The notes below the pieces were generated by a model. It searched no databases and was not told the origin of the DNA. It saw only the letters and a list, made by a program, of their open reading frames with translations. The translations under genes and the position numbers were made by a program. This document shows positions 50,617 to 59,944 of a stretch of DNA of 64,000 nt, piece after piece (positions within the stretch are counted from its first letter, which is position 1; every line of letters starts with the position of its first letter). Source of the stretch: Actinomycetes bacterium (GTDB taxonomy: Bacteria; Actinomycetota; Actinomycetes; Nanopelagicales; Nanopelagicaceae); NCBI GenBank assembly GCA_037128715.1, contig JBAXVT010000001.1, positions 5,075 through 69,074 of the forward strand, given 5' to 3'.

Positions 50617-52215
50617 ATGAGGAGTCGTAAAGTTTTGCTACGGGTTGCTAGCAATCGTATCTTCGCCATAACTGTCGCTGTCCTGCTCGGACTTGTTCTT
50701 GCATATAACTCGGTTAAATCAAATCAAGAGAACCAAGATGAACTTCGCGCGCTAGCTATCGCAAAAGCCACCGCGGCTATTCCAGGTATTCCCGAATTAC
50801 TAAAATCTGGGGATCCCGAGGGCCAGCTGGCAGCTCTGGGGGAAAAAATTCGGATGAATACCGGTGCTTCCTACATTGTAATTGCTGATTCAAAGGCAAT
50901 CAGATTCTCGCATCCGAACCCACTTATGATTGGTAAGAAACTCGAGGAGAAGCAGCCCGCTCTTTTAGGAAAGTCTTACACGACTATCGACCAGGGTAGT
51001 CTGGGAGTTTCGATTAATGGCAAGACCCCAATTTATGACGCGACAGGCAAGATTGTTGGGTTGGTTTCTGCTGGAATTCTATTGAGCCAACTGAAGAATG
51101 AAGGATCAGTCCTATTGCATGCTTTTCTCTTTTATGGATGTGGGTTACTTGTTGCCGGTTTGCTCTTATCCGAACTATTGGTTCGATTTGTACGGAGCCG
51201 AAAACTTTCGCATGATCTAGAAGAAGTCACAACTCAGTTCCAAGAACGTGAAGCGATGCTGCACTCAATCCGAGAAGGGGTAATCACACTCACCCCCGAC
51301 AATCGAATAACACTAATTAACGACGAGGCTACGAGGCTATTGGATTTTAAGGGCTCAGTGCTTGGTAAAAGTATCGGCGAGGTCTTTCCAAGTGGACGTT
51401 TGAGATCTCTGTTGACTGGTGAAGTAGAAAGTACCGACGACTTTCAGGTACTAACGGATAAGTTTTCAATATTAATTAATCGGCGTCCCGTCTTATATAG
51501 GGGTCGAGCAATTGGTTCAGTAGTGACATTAAGAGACAGAACTGAGCATGTCGGACTATTACGAGATCTTGAGAGTGTTCAGAACTTTTCAGAGGCGCTC
51601 CGTAGCCAACAGCACGAATTCGCAAATCGAATTCACGTCTTGAATGGACTTCTTGAACTTGGTAAATATGAGGATGCTTCACAGTTCTTGGGTGAAATTG
51701 CATCCGTCCAATCGAACTTAGCGGAGGATTTGAATATAAAGCTAGGTAATTCCCTCATTGCGGCGCTCCTCATTGCAAAGGTAACAGTCGCCAGAGAGCG
51801 TGGAGTAAAACTCACTGTTGAAGTTGCAACTCCGATCGATGATCTGCATATAGATCAAAATGCACTGGTAACGGTAATTGGAAATTTGGTTGATAACGCT
51901 ATCGATGCGGCCTCGGGATCGCCCCGGGCGGAAGTTTCAATACTTTTCCATCAAGCTGAGCAGGATTCGAAGATCATAACCGTGCATGACAGCGGCCCTG
52001 GGCTTCCCGAATCAAATCCAGATATCGTTTTTGAGGATGGATACAGTACGAAGCCATCGAGAGGGGCAGGGCATCGTGGACTAGGTCTAGCAATTGTCCA
52101 AAGACTAGTACGCCAATGTTCTGGGACTATTGCCGCAATGAATGAAGGTGGAGCAACCTTCTGGGTTCAGATTCCAACGCTCCGAGACGGGCAATCGAAG
52201 GGTAGCGAGTCATGA
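50617..52215 (+). CDS. Sensor histidine kinase, CitA/DcuS family
   Basis: Two TM segments flank a Cache-like periplasmic domain, followed by a cytoplasmic PAS domain. The phosphoacceptor region is LRSQQHEFANRIH, and the ATPase has DNAIDA and GLGLAIV. The ATG at 50617 is preceded by GAGGAGG. Confidence 0.88.
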   Translation: MRSRKVLLRVASNRIFAITVAVLLGLVLAYNSVKSNQENQDELRALAIAKATAAIPGIPELLKSGDPEGQLAALGEKIRMNTGASYIVIADSKAIRFSHPNPLMIGKKLEEKQPALLGKSYTTIDQGSLGVSINGKTPIYDATGKIVGLVSAGILLSQLKNEGSVLLHAFLFYGCGLLVAGLLLSELLVRFVRSRKLSHDLEEVTTQFQEREAMLHSIREGVITLTPDNRITLINDEATRLLDFKGSVLGKSIGEVFPSGRLRSLLTGEVESTDDFQVLTDKFSILINRRPVLYRGRAIGSVVTLRDRTEHVGLLRDLESVQNFSEALRSQQHEFANRIHVLNGLLELGKYEDASQFLGEIASVQSNLAEDLNIKLGNSLIAALLIAKVTVARERGVKLTVEVATPIDDLHIDQNALVTVIGNLVDNAIDAASGSPRAEVSILFHQAEQDSKIITVHDSGPGLPESNPDIVFEDGYSTKPSRGAGHRGLGLAIVQRLVRQCSGTIAAMNEGGATFWVQIPTLRDGQSKGSES

Positions 52216-52895
52216 TTTCTACCGTCATTGTAGAAGATGATTTTCGCGTTGCTGAGATTCATGCTGCCTACGTTTCGAATATCCCTGGATTTAGAATTGC
52301 TGGTAAAGCACACACCGGAAGTTCCGCTTACGACTTAATACTGGAAAAGAAACCGGATTTAGTTCTACTTGATTTGTACTTACCCGATGAACATGGACTC
52401 TCACTCTTTGCGAGACTGCAGCAACTGCCTCGTGATGCCAAGCCTGATGTATTCATCATTACCGCTGCACGCGACGCTGGAAGCGTTCGGGAGGCTTTGC
52501 AATTAGGTGCCGCTCAGTACATTATGAAGCCTTTCAATCAAAAGCAATTAGCAGAGCGGTTGATGACCTATCGATCTGCTAAGGAGCGGCTTTCCGAAAG
52601 CGAAGAAATATCCCAAGAAGAGTTAGACCGGCTTTCAGCTCAAATTCGCGGACCACGAATCCCAAGGTACTCTCAAGAAATTCCAAGAAATCCAACCACC
52701 GCCTCAATTATGAAATTTATAGAAGTTGGCAAGAAACCAGTTTCAGCCAATGATGTATCTGATGAATTGGGGCTAAGTCGCGCCACAGCGCAGCGGTACC
52801 TCTCGCAGATGGTGGAAAATGGCCAACTGGAGTTGACTCTGCAATATGGCACTACTGGCCGGCCGATTCACTTGTTCCGAATCACAGGAAAGTAA
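52212..52895 (+). CDS. Response regulator, CitB/DcuR family
   Basis: Receiver domain (DLVLLDLYLPDEHG) plus a C-terminal HTH (LGLSRATAQRYL). ATGA overlap with the kinase. Confidence 0.88.
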   Translation: MISTVIVEDDFRVAEIHAAYVSNIPGFRIAGKAHTGSSAYDLILEKKPDLVLLDLYLPDEHGLSLFARLQQLPRDAKPDVFIITAARDAGSVREALQLGAAQYIMKPFNQKQLAERLMTYRSAKERLSESEEISQEELDRLSAQIRGPRIPRYSQEIPRNPTTASIMKFIEVGKKPVSANDVSDELGLSRATAQRYLSQMVENGQLELTLQYGTTGRPIHLFRITGK

Positions 52896-52961
52896 TGCGT
52901 TCGTCATCTCAAATCTGTGGACGGATTAGAAAGGCAAGCAATAAAATCACGCGTGACCACC

Positions 52962-55066
52962 ATGGGCAAGGATAAATCTCCGGAACTCGCTAGCCCGCAA
53001 TTTCGAGGCGATATTCAAGGTCTGCGCGGAATAGCAGTAGGGCTAGTTCTTCTCTTTCACGCTTCGATTCCCGGCTTCAAGGGTGGTTTCGTGGGCGTAG
53101 ACATCTTCTTTGTTCTTAGCGGATATTTGATCACCGGCAATTTGCTCCGTGAAATAAAACATACCGGACGGATAAAATTTAGAGAATTTTATGCTCGGAG
53201 AATTCGCCGCCTATTGCCTGCCTCGCTCTTCGTGCTGTTAGCCACCCTCGCCGCCGCCGTTATCTGGTTCCCACCGCTCCTATTGCCAGGGCTCGCCGTG
53301 GATGTTTCTAGTGCCGGCTTTTATGCCTCAAATATTGATTTCGCAATACGAGCCACCGATTATTTTGCGGCCTCCACAATTCCCTCCCCAGTGCTGCACT
53401 TCTGGTCTCTAGGAGTCGAAGAACAGTTCTACCTCTTCTGGCCCCTTCTCTTGGCGCTGGCAACAATCCGTAAAAAAGACCAAGTGCTTAAAGTTTTCGT
53501 TCTTTCCTTGATTTTCTTTGCATCCTCGCTTGCCTTTGCGAACTGGCTACTCCCGAAGAATCAACCGTGGGCCTTCTTCTCCTTCCCCACTAGGGCTTGG
53601 GAATTAATTTTAGGAGCGCTCTTGGCAAGCGCGGCGCCATGGGCTGTTAAGTTGCCACGCGCAATGGCTGCAATTACGGGATTCGCTGGAATTGGGATGG
53701 TTCTCTACTCCGGGGTCACCCAGAGCGATCCACTCAAATTCCCAGGATTTCCAGCCCTTACCCCGACGATCGGGGCCTTCCAATAATTTTAGCGGGTTCA
53801 AAAAAGCAGATGACGCTGCCTTCAAAACTATTGGCATTAAAGCCTTTACAACTGCTTGGAAAAATCAGTTATTCGCTCTACTTGTGGCATTGGCCCGTGC
53901 TTGTCATTCCACAGGTAATTGCAGGAAATCATGTTTCGATAATGGAACGCTCGCTGCTTGCTGCGCTTTCAATTGTTTTGGCAGCGCTAACAGAAAAATA
54001 TATTGAGCGCCCTTTCCGAAAAGGATTTGTGATTTCGTTGCAACCGATGCGCAATATTGCGCTAGCTGGCATGGTAGCCACGTTGCTGGCCGTAATCTCT
54101 TTCGGTGCGAACTATGCAGGAACGGCGGAGTTGCGTGGAAAGCCCGGAATGGAAAGCGCTGCGCAAGCGCGGAACTTGATTGATTCGATCACTATTAAAA
54201 GCACGCCAACCAACACCGTTCCGGCGCGTCCCGCGACAGTTGATTTTCCAGTTCCAGTAAATCTGCAGCCCAATTTGTTGAGCGCTGGAGGTGATCGCCC
54301 AATTACTTATTCAGATCGTTGTCATACCCAAATGAACCTGCGGGCATCTACCATGCCGTGCATTTATGGCGATACGCCGTCTACCGTCGAAGTCGTTCTC
54401 TTCGGTGACAGCCATGCATTGGCCTGGTTTCCGGCCATGAATCAGGTGGCGAAGGAGAACCATTGGAAGTTACTCTCCCTGACGATGTCGGCTTGTTCTG
54501 CAGCAGATATTCCCGCCTACAACCCCTCGACGGCTACGCTCATGGAGAATTGCCCGATTTGGCGTAAGCAATCCATTCAACGAATTATTGCGGAGAAACC
54601 CTTTATGGTCCTCGTTGCATCTACAGGGGGATTTGCAACGCAGGTAAATGGTGTGGTCGTTAAAGGTACAAATCGAACCTCTGTCTTCACCGCAGGAATG
54701 AATAGAACGATCACGCAGTTAAAGAGCAGTGGGGCCAATGTTCTTCTAATGTCAGATACGCCTGCGCTGGCTCAAGATCCTTTAGTTTGTCTTTCGGCAC
54801 ACCCAAATAGCACCTTGGCATGTGCCACCCCGGTCGCTCAGGCTATTTCTACTGATTGGATTGCTGTTGAAACTCAGATCGCAGCAGTAAATTCAATCGC
54901 CTTGATTAAGCCGCAAATGTGGATTTGCCCAACCGATCCGTGCCCCGTGGTGATTGGCAACATTTTGACCTATTTCGATCCGGGCCATATGACAGCCACT
55001 TTTTCGCAGGCCTTGGCTGGGAAGTTGAAAAGAGCGCTAGACGCGGTTTTATTCCCCATCAATTGA
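52962..55066 (+). pseudogene. OafA-like acyltransferase-3 / SGNH-domain O-acyltransferase, split by a frameshift near 53775-53780
   Basis: ORF 52917..53786 encodes the N-terminal acyltransferase_3 TM region (LRGIAVGLVLLFHA, FFVLSGYLIT). ORF 53810..55066, in another frame, continues with LGKISYSLYLWHWP and an SGNH-like domain (VVLFGDSHALAW). Its frame is open upstream to give ...LPIILAGSKKQ, joining PTIGA if one nucleotide is added at GGGGCCTTCC. The combined length of about 700 codons is typical for the family. Confidence 0.7.
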
Positions 55067-55085
55067 TTTGGTCTAACGTAGCCCT

Positions 55086-56882
55086 GTGAACAAAAGCCGC
55101 CCTCGTACTAATGAAGTAGAACATCGATACGTGGGAGAGAATCCAATCCGGACCCTGCTCTATCTCTTTGAAGAGCAAAAACTTCGGGTATTTTTCGCAT
55201 TCATATTCTTTAGTATCAAGCACTCGCCGACCTGGGTCATTCCGCTCTTAACTGCGAACACAATTGACATTATTGCCTCGCACAAAAGTCTCACGAAACT
55301 ACTGATAAACGTAGCAATTCTCGCCGTAGTAACTCTCCAGAACTGGCCCATGAATTTGCTCTACGTCAGGTTGCAGAGCAAGGCGATCCGCGAGGTCGAG
55401 AACCGCCTCCGATCGGCCCTCGTTGAGCGAATGCAGCAGCTCACAATGGGTTTCTACTTAAGATCAAACGCTGGAGTCTTACAGACCAAGATTGTTCGCG
55501 ATGTAGAAAATATCGAACAGATGGTGCGAAATTTATCGGACGGTGGCTCAACTGCCATCAACGGCGTGGTTGGTGCAATAGTCATCACCGCCATAAAAGT
55601 TCCGATTTTCCTCCCTTTCTTTCTAGTACTCGCTCCACTCATTGCAATCTTTATAGCAAAGCTGCGTTTCAGACTTCGCGCCAGAAATGAAGAATTCCGT
55701 GAGGAGATTGAGGTGATGTCGGCACGCGTCAATGAAATGACCACCTTGATGCCGATTACACGGGCTCATGGTCTAGAACAGAGCGCCTTGCAGACCATGT
55801 ACGCCTCTTTTGGCAATGTGAAGCGCGCAGGTCTAAAGCTCGATGTCTTCAACGCCAAATTCAACGCCCTCGCGTGGGTTACCTTCCAATTGGCCAACGT
55901 CTGCTGTCTCGCCGTGGCAAGTTACTGCGCTCTGAAAGGAAAATTCGGGGTCACGATCGGAGATGTCGTTCTTCTCACCGCCTTCTTTGGGCAACTGATT
56001 GGCTCTGTTATTTTGCTCTCGAGTCTTATGCCCCAAATAGCTAAAGGCTTTGCGTCAATCCGTTCTCTTGGTGAAGTGCTTGAATCCCCAGATGTAGAAG
56101 AAAATGCCGACAAGCCTGCGATGCCAGAAGTAATCGGCGCCGTTGATTTAGCCGGAGTCTCTTTCAAGTATCCAAATAGCAATAGAAAGGCAATCAGCAA
56201 ATTCAGTGTGAACGCTAAACCCGGTCAGATGATCGCTCTGGTCGGTCCATCTGGATCAGGAAAATCAACTCTCATTAATTTGCTTACTGGTTTTCTTCGC
56301 CCCCAGTCCGGAGTTGTCTCAGTGGACGGAAATGATTACTCGCAATTTGATTTGCGAACTTTTAGAAAATTCATCTCTGTAGTGCCACAGGAATCGGTTT
56401 TATTTGAGGCGAGTGTGAGAGATAACATCACATACGGCCTCGGTGCGGTCTCCGACGAGCGAGTGACCACGGCTTTGAAAGCGGCAAACGCACTTGATTT
56501 CGTCAGTGAGTTACCGGAAGGCGTAGATACCTTGGTCGGGGAGCGCGGCGCTAGAATTTCTGGAGGTCAAAGACAACGCTTGGCAATTGCTCGTGCGCTT
56601 ATTAGAAATCCCCGGATCCTAATTCTTGATGAGGCCACGTCGGCTCTTGATTCAAAATCCGAGAGCGAAATTCAGCAAGCTCTTGAAACATTGATGCGCG
56701 ATCGAACTACCTTTGTCGTCGCTCATCGACTTTCGACTGTGCAACGGGCGGATTTGATTCTGGTCTTAGATAAAGGCAAGATGATTGAAAGTGGCCGCCA
56801 CTCTGATTTAGTGCGCGCAGGTGGGCTGTACCAACAACTCTATGAGGCACAAGCCTTCTCAAATGCTGGTGGAAAGAAGTAA
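55086..56882 (+). CDS. ABC exporter, fused permease/ATPase (MsbA-like type I exporter)
   Basis: Six N-terminal TM segments, Walker A GPSGSGKST, signature ISGGQRQR and Walker B ILILDEATSALD. Confidence 0.92.
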   Translation: MNKSRPRTNEVEHRYVGENPIRTLLYLFEEQKLRVFFAFIFFSIKHSPTWVIPLLTANTIDIIASHKSLTKLLINVAILAVVTLQNWPMNLLYVRLQSKAIREVENRLRSALVERMQQLTMGFYLRSNAGVLQTKIVRDVENIEQMVRNLSDGGSTAINGVVGAIVITAIKVPIFLPFFLVLAPLIAIFIAKLRFRLRARNEEFREEIEVMSARVNEMTTLMPITRAHGLEQSALQTMYASFGNVKRAGLKLDVFNAKFNALAWVTFQLANVCCLAVASYCALKGKFGVTIGDVVLLTAFFGQLIGSVILLSSLMPQIAKGFASIRSLGEVLESPDVEENADKPAMPEVIGAVDLAGVSFKYPNSNRKAISKFSVNAKPGQMIALVGPSGSGKSTLINLLTGFLRPQSGVVSVDGNDYSQFDLRTFRKFISVVPQESVLFEASVRDNITYGLGAVSDERVTTALKAANALDFVSELPEGVDTLVGERGARISGGQRQRLAIARALIRNPRILILDEATSALDSKSESEIQQALETLMRDRTTFVVAHRLSTVQRADLILVLDKGKMIESGRHSDLVRAGGLYQQLYEAQAFSNAGGKK

Positions 56883-56970
56883 TTTGCAGTTGATTTAGGC
56901 CGAATCCACTCGATTATTTGCTCTCTCTAAAATGGGGTAATCTACGCAGGCTGCTTCAAAAGATAGCCCT

Positions 56971-57055
56971 GGCGGGTTGCCCGAGCGGCCAATGGGAGGG
57001 GACTGTAAATCCCCCGGCTCTGCCTTCGAAGGTTCAAATCCTTCACCCGCCACCA
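56971..57055 (+). tRNA. tRNA-Tyr (anticodon GTA), class II with a long variable arm, CCA encoded
   Basis: Acceptor stem GGCGGGT/ACCCGCC and anticodon loop CTGTAAA with GTA at 57005-57007. T-arm is GGTTCAAATCC. It is 85 nt and nearly collinear with E. coli tRNA-Tyr. Confidence 0.93.
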
Positions 57056-57089
57056 AAGATTTAAATAAATTTCTACTCCAGCCGACTTA

Positions 57090-57103
57090 AATCCTATAGG
57101 ATT
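57090..57103. repeat. Perfect 14-nt palindrome AATCCTATAGGATT between tRNA-Tyr and ppdK
   Basis: Read directly from the sequence as 7+7 nt with no spacer. Its function is unknown: it may be a protein operator or a weak hairpin. Confidence 0.5.
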
Positions 57104-57133
57104 AAAAGGACTAGGCATCGTGATGGAGATAAT

Positions 57134-59839
57134 GTGACCGAGAATTTAGTTCATCCATTTAGTATCGGGGACCGCACCCAATCTGATTTGCTGGGCGGCA
57201 AAGGCGCAAACCTTGCCGAGATGGTACGTATTGGGCTTCCCGTACCTCCAGGTTTCACCATCACCACTCAGGCATGTAGAGAGTTTTTAAAATCTGGTTC
57301 TATGCCAGGCGGACTACAACTGGAGATCGACTCAGCACTGAAGACTCTGGAATCTTCCGTAGGAAAGCAATTCGGAAACCCTGAAAATCCACTTTTGGTA
57401 TCTGTGCGATCAGGAGCAAAATTTTCGATGCCCGGCATGATGGAAACTGTGTTGAACGTTGGCATGACACCCTTTGTTGCAGAGAGCATGGCCGCAGAAA
57501 CGGGAAACCCACGCTTCGCTTGGGACTCATACCGGCGCTTTATAGATATGTATGGGCGCATCGTGTGCGATGTTCCAGCGGAAGAATTTCACAAGATTGA
57601 AGCGCGGGTACTGGCTACATACTCAGTCTCGGGCATTCCCGAGTTAGAAGTTGCTGGATTGCAGGCACTGGCTGATGGGTATATCAAAGCCTGTGAAGCA
57701 GTAACAGGTGAAGTATTTCCTACTGATCCGCACGAACATTTATCGCAATCTATTGAAGCTGTTTTTAGATCGTGGAATTCAGAGCGCGCGCAGTTGTATC
57801 GTCGTCGCGAACGCATTCCATCCGATCTAGGAACGGCTGTAAATATTCAATCGATGGTCTTTGGAAATCTCACCGATGACTCTGGAACAGGAGTTGCATT
57901 TACTAGGGATCCTGCCACTGGAGCGCGCGGAAGTTATGGTGACTATCTGGAGCGCGCGCAAGGGGAAGATGTTGTGGCGGGTATTCGCAACACAATGTCT
58001 TTGGTTGAATTCGGAGAGATATCTCCCGTGGTGCATGCAGAGCTAGAACGCGTTATGACGCTTCTGGAAGATCATTACAGAGACTTATGTGATATCGAAT
58101 TTACTGTTGAAAAAGGCAAACTTTGGATTCTGCAGACCCGCGTAGGAAAGCGAACGGCAGAAGCCGCATTTAGAATTGCTACGCAACTGGTGGATGAGGG
58201 CAAGATCGATATGAACGAAGCGCTAGCCCGCACCACGGGAGATCAGTTGGCGCAGTTGATGTTTCCACAATTTGATTTATCTGGCTCAATCAAACCGATT
58301 GCCACTGGCATCCCTGCCTCACCTGGTGCAGCAGTTGGTGAAGTCGTCTTTGATTCCAGACGCGCATTTGATCTGGCTCGGTCTGGTAAGAAAGTCATTT
58401 TAGTTCGGCGCGAAACCAGCCCGGATGATCTGGTGGGAATGGTTGCCTCGGAAGGAATCTTGACTAGCCGTGGTGGAAAGACCTCGCACGCAGCTGTTGT
58501 TGCCCGCGGAATGGGAAAGACGGCAGTTTGCGGTACTGAAGCGATAGCCGTTGACGAGCGCGCAAATCTCTTCACCTGCGGGAGTTTGACGGTTTACGAA
58601 GGAGAAGTCATCTCTATTGATGGATCTACCGGAAATGTATATTTGGGATCCATCCCAGTGATTGCATCACCGGTTACCTCTTACTTGGAGGGACGACTTG
58701 CGGCATCGAGTGATGAGGCATCAGCAGTCGTAAAGGCGGTTGACCGCATTCTTTGTTATGCAGATGAGATCCGGACTCTTAAAGTTCACGCAAATGCTGA
58801 TACCCCAGAGGACGCGATTCGTGCGCGGATCTTGGGCGCCGAAGGAGTGGGGCTCTGTCGCACCGAACATATGTTCTTAGGTCCGCGCCGCGCGTATGTA
58901 GAACGACTGGTATTGGCCGAGAACGAAGATGTGCAACGCGGTGTTATTTCCGAGATGGAACCACTGCAGCGTGCTGACTTTGTTGGAATCATGATGGCGA
59001 TGTCCGGGTTACCCGTGACAATTCGGCTTCTCGATCCACCGCTCCATGAATTCTTGCCTCCGCTGGCCGATCTCAGTGCAAGCATGGCTCGAGCCGAAGC
59101 GCTCGGAGAAGAAATTTCCATGCGAGAACAAGCAATATTTACCGCTGTAAAGCGGTTGCACGAAGCTAACCCGATGCTCGGACTGCGCGGGGTACGCCTG
59201 GGAATTCTGATTCCTGAGCTTTATAAGATGCAAGTGCGCGCCCTGGTGCATGCCTATCTGGAAGTTAAGAAATTGGGACATGACCCGAAGCCCGAGGTCA
59301 TGATTCCTCTCGTTGCAACGCAACGCGAACTACTCTATTTGCGTGAATCTCTAGAAGCCGAAATAGCTAAGACCTTTGCCGGCTCTGGTCATAAATTGAA
59401 CTTTCCGATTGGCACCATGATTGAGACTCCACGTGCAGCGCTTACTGCCAGCAGGCTGGGGCATTATGCAGACTTCTTCTCCTTCGGAACTAACGATCTC
59501 ACCCAATTAACTTGGGCGTTTAGTCGTGACGATGTGGAATCCACATTCCTCCCGCGCTATTTAGATCTTGAACTATTGCCTTTCAACCCCTTTGAATCAT
59601 TAGATCAAGCGGGAGTCGGAATTCTGCTGCATACCGCAGTTGAACAGGCTCGCGCTCTACGTTCAGATTTTAAGTTAGGTGTATGTGGTGAGCACGGCGG
59701 AGATCCTCGCAGTATTCACTTCTTCCATGAATTAGGCCTCGATTACGTTTCCTGCTCACCATTTAGAGTGCCCGTAGCACGATTGGAGTCGGGGCGTGCG
59801 CTGGTCTTGAATAATTCGGCATCGACTTCAAGCGCCTGA
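57134..59839 (+). CDS. ppdK: Pyruvate, phosphate dikinase
   Basis: 901 aa with an ATP-grasp N-domain (GGKGANLAEM), the phosphohistidine motif GGKTSHAAVVARG and a PEP-utilizing C-domain (FFSFGTNDLTQ). Confidence 0.96.
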   Translation: MTENLVHPFSIGDRTQSDLLGGKGANLAEMVRIGLPVPPGFTITTQACREFLKSGSMPGGLQLEIDSALKTLESSVGKQFGNPENPLLVSVRSGAKFSMPGMMETVLNVGMTPFVAESMAAETGNPRFAWDSYRRFIDMYGRIVCDVPAEEFHKIEARVLATYSVSGIPELEVAGLQALADGYIKACEAVTGEVFPTDPHEHLSQSIEAVFRSWNSERAQLYRRRERIPSDLGTAVNIQSMVFGNLTDDSGTGVAFTRDPATGARGSYGDYLERAQGEDVVAGIRNTMSLVEFGEISPVVHAELERVMTLLEDHYRDLCDIEFTVEKGKLWILQTRVGKRTAEAAFRIATQLVDEGKIDMNEALARTTGDQLAQLMFPQFDLSGSIKPIATGIPASPGAAVGEVVFDSRRAFDLARSGKKVILVRRETSPDDLVGMVASEGILTSRGGKTSHAAVVARGMGKTAVCGTEAIAVDERANLFTCGSLTVYEGEVISIDGSTGNVYLGSIPVIASPVTSYLEGRLAASSDEASAVVKAVDRILCYADEIRTLKVHANADTPEDAIRARILGAEGVGLCRTEHMFLGPRRAYVERLVLAENEDVQRGVISEMEPLQRADFVGIMMAMSGLPVTIRLLDPPLHEFLPPLADLSASMARAEALGEEISMREQAIFTAVKRLHEANPMLGLRGVRLGILIPELYKMQVRALVHAYLEVKKLGHDPKPEVMIPLVATQRELLYLRESLEAEIAKTFAGSGHKLNFPIGTMIETPRAALTASRLGHYADFFSFGTNDLTQLTWAFSRDDVESTFLPRYLDLELLPFNPFESLDQAGVGILLHTAVEQARALRSDFKLGVCGEHGGDPRSIHFFHELGLDYVSCSPFRVPVARLESGRALVLNNSASTSSA

Positions 59840-59944
59840 GGGATCGCAGTAAGTACTCATATTGGTCGGTCAGCGGTTCTAAGCGCAGACCAGTAGAATT
59901 CAGGTCTAGATACTCACAATTTCTCATAAATAATTAAGGGACCC

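Noticed and set aside
53692-54006. 104-aa ORF bridging the two halves of the acyltransferase
   Set aside because: It is in the third frame across the frameshift site and has no similarity to the family sequence. It is best explained as an artefact of the disrupted region.
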